A stretch of DNA of 59,924 nt, taken from assembly GCA_017991395.1 (NCBI GenBank), contig JAGOQQ010000002.1, positions 1 through 59,924 on the forward strand. The letters are read 5' to 3'. This DNA comes from Minisyncoccota bacterium (GTDB taxonomy: Bacteria > Patescibacteriota > Minisyncoccia > Phycocordibacterales > UBA9973). A program made the translations under genes and the position numbers. Shown here one piece after another: positions 33,122 through 41,891 of this stretch (position 1 is the stretch's first letter; every line of letters starts with the position of its first letter). Under the pieces are notes generated by a model. It saw nothing but the letters and a program-made list of their open reading frames with translations, was not told the DNA's origin and did not search any database.

Positions 33122-36100
33122 ATGAACAACGACCAAGAAAACAAATCACCAGGAGCGCTTCGCGAAGAAAAGATTCTCGCACAATGGAAAGAAAAAGATA
33201 TTTTCAAAAAGTCTCTTGAAAAAAACAAAGACAAAAAAGAGTTTGTCTTTTTCGAAGGTCCTCCGACTGCAAATGCAAAGCCCGCACTCCACCATCTCGA
33301 AGCGCGTGCGTTCAAGGATGTGATTCCACGGTTCAAAACAATGCAAGGATACAATGTTCGCCGAAAAGCGGGATGGGACACTCACGGACTTCCTGTGGAG
33401 CTTCAGATTGAAAAAGCACTTGGACTCACTTCAAAAAAAGATATTGAGAAATATGGAATTGCAAAGTTCAATGCAAAATGTCGTGAAAGCGTTTTTGAGT
33501 TCATTAAAGACTGGGAAGATTTTACTGACAGAATTGGCTATTGGGTAGACAAAGATGATGCATACTTTACTTTTGACTCACATTACGTCGAAGCTCTTTG
33601 GGGTGTGGTAAAAAAAATAAATGACAGAGGGTTGCTCTACAAAGATTATCGTATTGTGCCGTGGTGTGCACGTTGTGGTACAGGACTTTCTTCTCACGAA
33701 CTTGCACAAGGATATTTGGATGTAAAAGATTTGAGCGTAACTGCAAAATTTAAGCTGACCGCGGAATCGACGCGGAAATTACGCGGAACTGACGCGGAAA
33801 ATACTTATTTTCTCGCGTGGACTACTACACCATGGACACTTCCAGGAAATGTCGCACTTGCAGTCGGAGCTGATATCGAATACGTAGAAATAAAAGTGGG
33901 GGAAGAAATTTTGGTTCTTGCAAAAGAGCGATTGAGTGTGATTGCAGATCCATATGAAATTATTGCAACCCACAAGGGAAGTGAAATGGTGGGAATGAAG
34001 TACGAACCACTTTACCCATTTTTCTCTGAGCTAGCTGCGAGTAGTCAATCGCTAGACACTGCATTCAAAGTGTATGTCGCGGATTTTGTGACCACAGAAG
34101 ATGGAACAGGAATTGTGCACACGGCGGTGATGTATGGTGCAGATGACTTTGCACTCGGAACATCGCTTGGTTTGCCAAAATTTCACGTAGTAAAAGAGGA
34201 TGGACATTTCTTGGATGGAATGGATTTTCTATCTGCTCGTTTTGTAAAAGATGAGGAAGTGGCGATTGATATCATCAAAGACCTTGCACACAGGGGACTC
34301 CTTTTCAAAAAAGAAAAATACGAACACTCATATCCGCATTGTTGGAGATGTAAAACTCCGCTTTTGTACTATGCGCGGGATTCTTGGTATGTTGCGATGT
34401 CAAAACTTAGGAATGTTTTGGTCAGTGAAAATGAAAAAATAAATTGGGAACCAACACATATTAAAGATGGACGATTTGGTGAGTGGATTCGTGAAGCCAA
34501 AGATTGGGCATTTTCTCGTGAGAGATATTGGGGAACACCACTTCCTGTGTGGAAGAAAACTGACGGAACATTTGTAGTACTTGGAAATCTTGATGAAATA
34601 AAAAGACACACAAAAAAATCTGGCAACACATATTTTGTCATGCGCCACGGTGAGACAAAGAGTAATGTCGAGGGACGTATCGACTCGCTTCTTTCAAATG
34701 GCACAACACTCACAGAAAATGGTGTTGATCAGGTGCTCAAGAGTTCTCAGTTTTTCCAAGATAAAAATATTGATTTGATTTTCACGTCACCACTTGCTCG
34801 CACAAAAGAGACCGCAGAAATTGTCCAAAAAGATCTCGGACTTTCTGATGAGTGTGTGATTGCTGAGAATAGAATAATAGAAATGCAGGTAGGAACATAC
34901 GAAGGGAAAACTTGGGAAGAATACCACAACGATTTTCCGAAGACAGTCGAAAATTTTGATCAGAAGAAAGAGAATGATGAATCGTATGAAGATGTAAAGA
35001 AGCGCGTGGGAGAATTTCTTTATGACATTGAATCAAAATATCAAAATAAAAATATTTTGATTGTGACACACGGCGCGCCTGCATGGATGCTCTTTTCTGT
35101 GGCATCTGGAAAAAATAGAGAGGATACACTAGGGATGATTAAAGATATATCGGAATTTCATTATTTTCAAAATGCTGAAATCAAGCAATTGTCGTTTGTC
35201 CCACTTTCTCACAACGAAAAATATGAATTTGATCCGCACAGACCATTTATAGATGATCTGCAACTTGTCGATGAAAAGGGCGAGCCAATGATTCGCGAAA
35301 ATGTGGTGATGGATGTGTGGTTTGATAGTGGTGCGATGCCTTTCGCTCAGTACGCGGATGAACGCAGATTTGACGCCGATGGTCGCGGATATGAATCATT
35401 TGAGGATTTGTGGAAACGGACTCCGTATCCAGCGGATTTTATTTCTGAAGCTATCGATCAGACTCGTGGGTGGTTCTACACGCTTCTTGCAGTAGGAGTA
35501 CTTATGGAGCGAGGAACTCCATACAAAAACGTGATTTGTCTCGGACACCTTCTTGATAAAGACGGAAAGAAAATGTCGAAATCTATCGGGAATGTCGTTG
35601 AACCATGGGAACAAATGGCAAAGTATGGCGTTGATACAATTCGACTTTGGATGTACTCGGTCAATCAGCCAGGCGAAGGGAAGAATTATGATGAGAAAAT
35701 TATCCTTGAACTTTCACGAAAAGTATTTGCGCTACTCGACAACTGCTATACATTTTATGATCAGTATAAAAATGATTCAAACATTTCTAGTTCAAGCTTT
35801 GAGCTTCCGAATACTTCTCATGTCTTGGACAAATGGATTGTTTCGTTGCTTCACAAAATGATTAAAGAGGGAACAGATGCACTTGAGAAATATGATTTGT
35901 TTACTGCGTCACGACTCATCAAAGATTTCGTGAATGATTTTTCAACGTGGTATATCCGAAGATCACGCGACCGATTCAAGTCTGATGATGTTGAAGACAA
36001 AAACAATGCACTTGCGACAACTCGCTATGTGATACTTGAACTCGCAAAATATATGGCACCATTTACGCCATTTTATGCAGATGATTTGTATCAAAAGATT

Positions 36101-36637
36101 GGCGGAACAAAAGAGTCAGTTCATCTTGAGGATTGGAGCACAGAACATGGAACATGGGACACTCAAATTCTTTCTGATATGGAAATGGTGCGTGATATTG
36201 TGACAAAAGGACTTGAGGCTCGGCAAAAATCTGGAATCAAAGTTCGTCAGCCACTTGGCACACTCAAGGTGAAAAGTGAAAAATTGAAAGAAGAATATTT
36301 TGAAATTCTCAAGGATGAATTGAACCTTAAAGAAATTGTTGAAGATATGTCACTAGAAGCTGACGTTATTCTTGATACCGAAATAACTCCCGAATTAAAA
36401 ATGGAAGGGGATTTTCGCGAACTCGCACGAGGAATTCAAGATTTACGAAAAACGAGTGGACTTACTCCAAACGACCGTATCAATCTTTCAATCGAAACAA
36501 ACGAAGAAGGAAAGAAGGTTGTCGAAACATTTATGAACGAACTTAAAAAAATTGTCCAAGCTGATTCGGTGGTATTTGAAAACAATAACGGACAAGAAAT
36601 TAAAGTCGACGAAAATGTGTTTAAGATTAAAATATAA
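33122..36637 (+). CDS. ileS: Isoleucine--tRNA ligase with an inserted histidine-phosphatase-superfamily domain
   Basis: PPTANAKPALHH (HIGH region), WTTTPWTLPGN, CP1 editing domain, WAFSRERYWGTPLPVW, DVWFDSGAMPFAQ, DQTRGWFYTL and KMSKS. Residues ~504-700 read YFVMRHGETKSN ... SPLARTKETA ... THGAPAWML. Confidence 0.95.
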   Translation: MNNDQENKSPGALREEKILAQWKEKDIFKKSLEKNKDKKEFVFFEGPPTANAKPALHHLEARAFKDVIPRFKTMQGYNVRRKAGWDTHGLPVELQIEKALGLTSKKDIEKYGIAKFNAKCRESVFEFIKDWEDFTDRIGYWVDKDDAYFTFDSHYVEALWGVVKKINDRGLLYKDYRIVPWCARCGTGLSSHELAQGYLDVKDLSVTAKFKLTAESTRKLRGTDAENTYFLAWTTTPWTLPGNVALAVGADIEYVEIKVGEEILVLAKERLSVIADPYEIIATHKGSEMVGMKYEPLYPFFSELAASSQSLDTAFKVYVADFVTTEDGTGIVHTAVMYGADDFALGTSLGLPKFHVVKEDGHFLDGMDFLSARFVKDEEVAIDIIKDLAHRGLLFKKEKYEHSYPHCWRCKTPLLYYARDSWYVAMSKLRNVLVSENEKINWEPTHIKDGRFGEWIREAKDWAFSRERYWGTPLPVWKKTDGTFVVLGNLDEIKRHTKKSGNTYFVMRHGETKSNVEGRIDSLLSNGTTLTENGVDQVLKSSQFFQDKNIDLIFTSPLARTKETAEIVQKDLGLSDECVIAENRIIEMQVGTYEGKTWEEYHNDFPKTVENFDQKKENDESYEDVKKRVGEFLYDIESKYQNKNILIVTHGAPAWMLFSVASGKNREDTLGMIKDISEFHYFQNAEIKQLSFVPLSHNEKYEFDPHRPFIDDLQLVDEKGEPMIRENVVMDVWFDSGAMPFAQYADERRFDADGRGYESFEDLWKRTPYPADFISEAIDQTRGWFYTLLAVGVLMERGTPYKNVICLGHLLDKDGKKMSKSIGNVVEPWEQMAKYGVDTIRLWMYSVNQPGEGKNYDEKIILELSRKVFALLDNCYTFYDQYKNDSNISSSSFELPNTSHVLDKWIVSLLHKMIKEGTDALEKYDLFTASRLIKDFVNDFSTWYIRRSRDRFKSDDVEDKNNALATTRYVILELAKYMAPFTPFYADDLYQKIGGTKESVHLEDWSTEHGTWDTQILSDMEMVRDIVTKGLEARQKSGIKVRQPLGTLKVKSEKLKEEYFEILKDELNLKEIVEDMSLEADVILDTEITPELKMEGDFRELARGIQDLRKTSGLTPNDRINLSIETNEEGKKVVETFMNELKKIVQADSVVFENNNGQEIKVDENVFKIKI
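33759..33800 (+). repeat. Four ACGCGGAA words with an exact 11-bp period, in frame inside ileS
   Basis: ccgcggaatcg acgcggaaatt acgcggaactg acgcggaaaat, encoding TAESTRKLRGTDAEN in a variable loop just before WTTTPWT. Confidence 0.85.
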
Positions 36638-36639
36638 AT

Positions 36640-37173
36640 ATGGAACAAGTTCATACAAATGAGAACAAAATAGAAAAACCGCCCATGCTCTATCATGGTT
36701 CTTCAAATAAAAACATTGAAGAATTTGAACCGAGACCAACAACTTTTAATCACTCAATCAAGGATAATTTTATTGTTGCCACTCCATATTATAAAAAGGC
36801 ATTACCTTATTTGTTTGATGGAGAAATAAACGGCGAGAGAAAAAGTTGGAATTCTGGAGTTTTTGGTGACGGTGAGATATTTGCTGTGATTCCTGTGAGT
36901 GAGGAAGATTTTCGCAGAAATGACAAAGGTGGCGCAATCTATAAAATGTCACCAGAGTTTTTTGACTCAAGCGAAGACAGAAAGGAATATGAATGGTTTT
37001 CTACGGTACCAGTTAAACCACTAGAAGTGGAGATCTTTGAATCAATTCTTGAAACGTGGAAAGATGAGGGGATAAATGCGTATTTTCTTACGGAAGAACA
37101 ATATCAATTTTTCCGAACAATTTCTACTGGTGATGAGAAGCAAAAATACTTGCACTCAGTTAAAGAATTATAA
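36640..37173 (+). CDS. Hypothetical protein closely following ileS (start 2 nt after the stop codon)
   Basis: 177-aa ORF. Contains LYHGSS, ATPYY and KEYEWF segments. No confident family assignment. Confidence 0.65.
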   Translation: MEQVHTNENKIEKPPMLYHGSSNKNIEEFEPRPTTFNHSIKDNFIVATPYYKKALPYLFDGEINGERKSWNSGVFGDGEIFAVIPVSEEDFRRNDKGGAIYKMSPEFFDSSEDRKEYEWFSTVPVKPLEVEIFESILETWKDEGINAYFLTEEQYQFFRTISTGDEKQKYLHSVKEL

Positions 37174-37243
37174 TAATTGACGCAATGTTGAGTTTTATGT
37201 AAGGCGAAGAATAAAAATAGTGTATTTAATAATAAATATAACC

Positions 37244-37807
37244 ATGTCAAAAAAAGTATTTATAATTCATGGATTTCAAAGTACACCAGAAAGTGATTGG
37301 CGTCCGTGGCTCAAAGAGAATCTAGAAGCACAAGGTGACGTCGTGGAGCTTTTGAAAATGCCCACTCCAAATGATCCTGTGCGAGATGAATGGGTCAAAT
37401 CAATTTCCGATGCTGTGCAAAATCCAAATGAAGATGTTTACCTGGTAGGGCACAGCCTTGGAGTCCCAACGATTTTGAATTATCTTGAATCATTAAACGA
37501 AGGCGAAAAAATTGGTGGGGCGGTGCTCGTTTCTGGATTCTACAAACCACTTCTTGAAGATGAAGAGCCAGAAGAAAGAAAGATTGACCATTTTGCTGAT
37601 CATGAATTTGATTGGGATAAAATAAAAAGCGTATGCGGAAAGTGTGTGGTGATTCACGGAGATGACGATGACGTGGTCCCTCTCTATCATGCAGAACATA
37701 TTTCAAAAATGCTCGGCTGTGAACTCGTCATAGTGAAAGGTGGCGGACATCTGAATACTGAAAGCAACTGGAACCAACTTCACGAGGTGCTTGATTTTCT
37801 GGAATAG
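37244..37807 (+). CDS. Alpha/beta serine hydrolase, YdeN/RBBP9-like
   Basis: IIHGFQSTPESDWRPWL, nucleophile elbow GHSLG, and late D...GGH. ATG at 37244 preferred. Confidence 0.8.
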   Translation: MSKKVFIIHGFQSTPESDWRPWLKENLEAQGDVVELLKMPTPNDPVRDEWVKSISDAVQNPNEDVYLVGHSLGVPTILNYLESLNEGEKIGGAVLVSGFYKPLLEDEEPEERKIDHFADHEFDWDKIKSVCGKCVVIHGDDDDVVPLYHAEHISKMLGCELVIVKGGGHLNTESNWNQLHEVLDFLE

Positions 37808-37811
37808 CAAT

Positions 37812-37839
37812 AAAAAAGCCTCAAACTTGAGGATTTTTT
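37812..37839 (+). terminator. Intrinsic terminator
   Basis: aaaaagcctcaa-act-tgagg followed by atttttt. Confidence 0.75.
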
Positions 37840-37916
37840 GACATTTTTTTGAATAATCGGTGAGTGTTTCAAGAAACTAGCTAAAATTAAAATACTATGG
37901 TATAGTATTGAAAGTG

Positions 37917-37946
37917 CTGAAATGCCAAACATTTCAGACTTTTTTT
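37917..37946 (+). promoter_or_regulatory. Terminator-like hairpin plus U-run immediately 5' of the glycosyltransferase ATG (possible attenuator)
   Basis: CTGAAATG-ccaaa-CATTTCAG followed by acttttttt, then the ATG at 37947. Preceded by the palindrome AATACTAT-ggt-ATAGTATT. Confidence 0.35.
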
Positions 37947-39254
37947 ATGAAAAAAATACTAAGTATGGACAAGATTACAATCGGAAGCTTCCTCGCGGCT
38001 GCGGGATTTTTTGTAATTTTTGAAGTGATATTTTTCTATAAATTGATTCAAGTTTTTGATATCTCACATTCTTATCTTGTGATATTGTATGTAATTTTCT
38101 CTACACTATTCTTGCTGTCTCGTCCAATACTCGCTTTTTTCTATAAAGACAAACATGGAATTTTTGACTTGAGTGGAAAATCTCAAAGTCTTCCAACGGT
38201 ATCTTTTATTATTGCTGGAAAAAATGAAGAAGACTCAATATATAAGACAATAAAGGCGTGCATGGATTCGGAATATAATGGAAAGTTTGAATGTATAATT
38301 GTTGATGACGGCTCAACTGATAACACACTGGCTGAAATGATGCGTGCAAAAAAGGATTTATCGACGAGAAAAAACTCAGTCAAGGTAATTACTTTTGAAA
38401 AAAATAAGGGCAAGCGTGAAGGAATGGTCGCGGGTATGCAGGTAGCAAGAGGTGAGTTGTTTGTATTTATTGACTCCGATAGCTTTATTAGAAAGGATGC
38501 GCTAAATCATGTGGTGGAACATTTTATGAGTGATGAAAATGTTGGTGCAGTTTCGGGAAATACTCTCGTTGAAAATCACGACGCAAACTTGCTTACTAAA
38601 ATGCAGTCAGCACGATATGGAATTTCTTTTGATTTATTTAAGTCATGTGAAAGTATTTTTGGTGCGGTAACGTGTTGCCCGGGATGTTTTTCGGCATATC
38701 GTTCTGAAGTGGTCCTTCGTGTTGCTGAGGATTGGAGAAACAGAAAAGTCTTTGGTACAACAAGTACTTTTGGAGACGATAGAAGTCTTACGAATTTTGT
38801 TCTTAAGGAGGATATGAAGGTAATTTATTGCAGAGAGGCAAAGGCTTCTACAATCGTACCAGAGGAATACCCAAAATTTATAAAACAACAACTCCGATGG
38901 AAGAAGTCTTGGATTAGAGAGGGTATGTTTGGTGCAGCATATTTTATGTGGAAGAAACACCCGATTGCATCTGTAGCGTTTTACATAAACTTAATAATTC
39001 CAATCGTAGGCCCATTTATTGTGCTTTATGGTTTGTTTGGAAAAATTTTGTCGGGTGAATGGGTTTCGACACTTTTGTTTTGCCTGAGCCTGTCTCTCAT
39101 GAGTCTTGCGTATGGTTTTTATCATTATGCACAAACAAAACATAAAGATTTTCTCTATTCGATTCCATTCACTCTTTTTTATTCGGTTGTACTTGTATGG
39201 CAAATGCCTTGGGCAATAATTAAACTTAATGATAATTCTTGGGGAACCAGATAA
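37947..39254 (+). CDS. Processive family-2 glycosyltransferase (NodC/HasA/chitin-synthase-like)
   Basis: VDDGSTDNT, IDSDS, GDDRSLT and the QQLRWKKSW (QxxRW) motif. TM helices lie before and after the catalytic domain. Confidence 0.9.
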   Translation: MKKILSMDKITIGSFLAAAGFFVIFEVIFFYKLIQVFDISHSYLVILYVIFSTLFLLSRPILAFFYKDKHGIFDLSGKSQSLPTVSFIIAGKNEEDSIYKTIKACMDSEYNGKFECIIVDDGSTDNTLAEMMRAKKDLSTRKNSVKVITFEKNKGKREGMVAGMQVARGELFVFIDSDSFIRKDALNHVVEHFMSDENVGAVSGNTLVENHDANLLTKMQSARYGISFDLFKSCESIFGAVTCCPGCFSAYRSEVVLRVAEDWRNRKVFGTTSTFGDDRSLTNFVLKEDMKVIYCREAKASTIVPEEYPKFIKQQLRWKKSWIREGMFGAAYFMWKKHPIASVAFYINLIIPIVGPFIVLYGLFGKILSGEWVSTLLFCLSLSLMSLAYGFYHYAQTKHKDFLYSIPFTLFYSVVLVWQMPWAIIKLNDNSWGTR

Positions 39255-39260
39255 TACAAC

Positions 39261-40787
39261 ATGAAAGAAAATAATCTCAATACATACATGGGTGCATTTT
39301 TAGGGACATTGGTACTTGTCGGTACAGGTCTTGGGTTTTATTTTTTTGCAGGCAACAAGGTGGTAGGTGAAATTTCAAAGTATAGAATTTCGTACTATCA
39401 CTATACTATGCCAAGCGGTTTGGTTTCAAAAGATGTCTCAATGCTTCCACCAGCAGAATCTGTACCAGTTTTGATGTACCACGGTGTTACTTACAAAGAA
39501 GACAACGAAAATACTTCTTTAGAAAATTTTATTAATACAATGGAGCTTTTGAAGAAAGAAGGGTATGAGACAATTTCAGTGCAAGAATTTGATTTGTTCC
39601 GAAAAGGAAAATCCACTCTTCCAAAAAAGCCAATATTGATTACTTTTGATGATGGTCGGAAAGATAGCTATTATACAACCGACAGTGTGTTTGAAAAGTT
39701 GGGGTATAAGGCTACTTTATTTCTTGCGTCAGGTCCTGTATACACTGGAAATACATTTTACTTAAACAATAGTGAGTTGGCAGTACTACGTGATTCTGGA
39801 CGCTGGGAAATTCAAGCTCATGGCAGACACTCGCACGATCATATACAAATATCAGAAAATTCAAATGATGAATTCGGGAGGTTTCTTTCTTCAAAGATGT
39901 ATATTGTTCCAGAAAGAAGACTTGAGACTGATGATGAATTTTTGAATAGAATAAAAAAAGATTACGAAGAAGGAGATGAAGATGTAGAAGCTATCAATGG
40001 TAGTAAGCCAAAATACTTTGCAATACCATTGAATGATTATGGAGAATTTCCTGTATCCAATTATCCTGAATCTATTGCTCTAAATAATGAGATTGTTAAA
40101 AATCGATACGAACTCGCATTTATCCAGTCAAACGATACTGATGCGGTGTCTAAAATAATTTCAACACCTTATAATTTTCAAAAAGGTAATCCATATAAAA
40201 TTCGCCGACTTGAGGTTAAAAATCTTTCAGCACAAGAAATTATCAATATACTAGATTATACAAAGCCCGGGAGTATTGAGTATGTTCTTGATGGTGTCGC
40301 GCTCTCACGAATACCTGACGCACACCTTTCTGGAACAATGACACATGAACAGGAAGGTTTTGACCTTACTGCTGATGAGGTTGGATTAAATGGACTTTTT
40401 GTTGTAGGAGAAGAGTTTTGGAAAGATTATTCGGTTTATTCTTTATTTACCAATTTTGGGACACGTTCAGTATCAGTAGTTGGGCGATATAAAGATGAAA
40501 AAAATTATGTAATGTGCGGTAAGGACATTCATGGATTTTTTATTCGAGAACTTGTTGATGGAAAAATTATTAGCCGTGGTGAGAATTTGAGCAGATCAAA
40601 CCCAATAGAAGAAAAATTTACAATAACTCTTTCATTTGATGGGCAGTATGCCACTTGTGCATCAAATAAAAAAAATATTTTTAGCGAGATTTATATTACC
40701 CAGCGGGAAGGATTTGCGGGAATGAAAATCTGGGATGATGTCAAAAATGCCAATATCGTAATCAATGACTTTAAAATTTGGGAGTAG
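39261..40787 (+). CDS. Polysaccharide deacetylase (NodB homology domain) with a large C-terminal extension
   Basis: TM anchor, VLMYHGV, ILITFDDGRKDSYY (TFDDG motif), and HGRHSHDH. ORF of 508 aa. Confidence 0.85.
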   Translation: MKENNLNTYMGAFLGTLVLVGTGLGFYFFAGNKVVGEISKYRISYYHYTMPSGLVSKDVSMLPPAESVPVLMYHGVTYKEDNENTSLENFINTMELLKKEGYETISVQEFDLFRKGKSTLPKKPILITFDDGRKDSYYTTDSVFEKLGYKATLFLASGPVYTGNTFYLNNSELAVLRDSGRWEIQAHGRHSHDHIQISENSNDEFGRFLSSKMYIVPERRLETDDEFLNRIKKDYEEGDEDVEAINGSKPKYFAIPLNDYGEFPVSNYPESIALNNEIVKNRYELAFIQSNDTDAVSKIISTPYNFQKGNPYKIRRLEVKNLSAQEIINILDYTKPGSIEYVLDGVALSRIPDAHLSGTMTHEQEGFDLTADEVGLNGLFVVGEEFWKDYSVYSLFTNFGTRSVSVVGRYKDEKNYVMCGKDIHGFFIRELVDGKIISRGENLSRSNPIEEKFTITLSFDGQYATCASNKKNIFSEIYITQREGFAGMKIWDDVKNANIVINDFKIWE

Positions 40788-40799
40788 TATACTGTATAT

Positions 40800-41792
40800 A
40801 TGAATAAAAAAATACTAGGATATATACTTATTTCAGCGGTGTCGTTTTGTCTCGGGTGGTTTTTTTCGAGCGAAAAGAAATACGATACAGGGTATGGATT
40901 GAGTGAGTCCGAGGTTGATAAAAAAATAACTCAAAGTGAAGAAAAAGGCTTTTTCTTGAAAAATTTTCAAGGACTTGCATTTGATGCTGACTCACTGACT
41001 GCAGCTGCTTCAAAGTCACGTAAAAAAAACACAATACCTACTTCTTCTGTGGGAACAACAACCAGTGATTCTTTTTCTTCTGTTGTAACAATTGATGAGA
41101 CCGGTGCAATTGGTTCAAGCAGCAGTTCTCGTTGGTGGGTAAATTCTGGAGGACGATTTGTTGTTAACAACAATGTCGGGAAAACATTATTTGGCAATCT
41201 TTCGTCAAATGATTTGTGGTACAAAGAGTATCTTTCTTCAAACCCTGTTGATACTGACAATGGACTTCATCCTCAAAATATTTTTCGTTTAGTAGAAAGA
41301 GAATATTGGAAAAATTATACTCAACAAGTATATTTTAATATTTCAAAAATAAACGTAAGTGCAAGTCCAAACAGAAACGCATCAAACGGAGTTCTATTGT
41401 TCAACCGTTATCAATCAGGTGATAATCTTTATTATGTGGGTGTTCGGGTCGATGGTGCTGCGGTGATAAAGAAAAAGCTCAATGGTATTTACTATACGAT
41501 GGCGTACACAAAGATTTTTAATGGAACTTATAATCAAAATACCAACGAAAACTTAATACCTTTAAATTCTTGGATTGGAGTTAAGTCTGAAGTGAAGGAT
41601 CTCTCGAATGGGGATGTTTCAATTAAACTGTTTGTTGATAATCAGAGAAGTGGCACGTGGACTGAGGTTTTAAGTACCATCGATTCTCCTGGGCTTTTTG
41701 GTCCATCGGTCGTATCTTCTCAAGGGTATGCTGGAATTCGAACCGATTTTATGGATGTTGCATTTGACGACTACTTAATAAAAGCTATATAG
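40800..41792 (+). CDS. Hypothetical secreted protein; C-terminal domain possibly concanavalin/LamG-like
   Basis: Signal anchor ILISAVSFCLGWFF, then a Ser-rich linker and a beta-rich C-terminus. Third gene of the GT2-deacetylase cluster. Confidence 0.6.
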   Translation: MNKKILGYILISAVSFCLGWFFSSEKKYDTGYGLSESEVDKKITQSEEKGFFLKNFQGLAFDADSLTAAASKSRKKNTIPTSSVGTTTSDSFSSVVTIDETGAIGSSSSSRWWVNSGGRFVVNNNVGKTLFGNLSSNDLWYKEYLSSNPVDTDNGLHPQNIFRLVEREYWKNYTQQVYFNISKINVSASPNRNASNGVLLFNRYQSGDNLYYVGVRVDGAAVIKKKLNGIYYTMAYTKIFNGTYNQNTNENLIPLNSWIGVKSEVKDLSNGDVSIKLFVDNQRSGTWTEVLSTIDSPGLFGPSVVSSQGYAGIRTDFMDVAFDDYLIKAI

Positions 41793-41793
41793 G

Positions 41794-41828
41794 AAAAAAC
41801 CCCAACTCTTGAGTTGGGTTTTTTTTGA
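41794..41828 (+). terminator. Intrinsic terminator
   Basis: aaaaaaccccaactc-tt-gagttgggtt followed by ttttttt. Confidence 0.85.
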
Positions 41829-41855
41829 TATAATAATTTTTGTAGTGAGTATTTT

Positions 41856-41891
41856 CTATCCGCTAATCCCTACTCCCTAATTTACTATCCC
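41856..41891 (+). repeat. Pyrimidine-rich CTA-word block abutting the recO start codon
   Basis: ctatccgctaatccctactccctaatttactatccc followed by ATG. Shares CTATCCGCT with 23877 and 53611. Confidence 0.7.

Noticed and set aside
37908-37946. TTG start at 37908 for the GT2 gene
   Set aside because: The extension is translated from the leader hairpin and U-run. The ATG at 37947 gives a normal N-terminus (MKKILSMDKITIGSF...).
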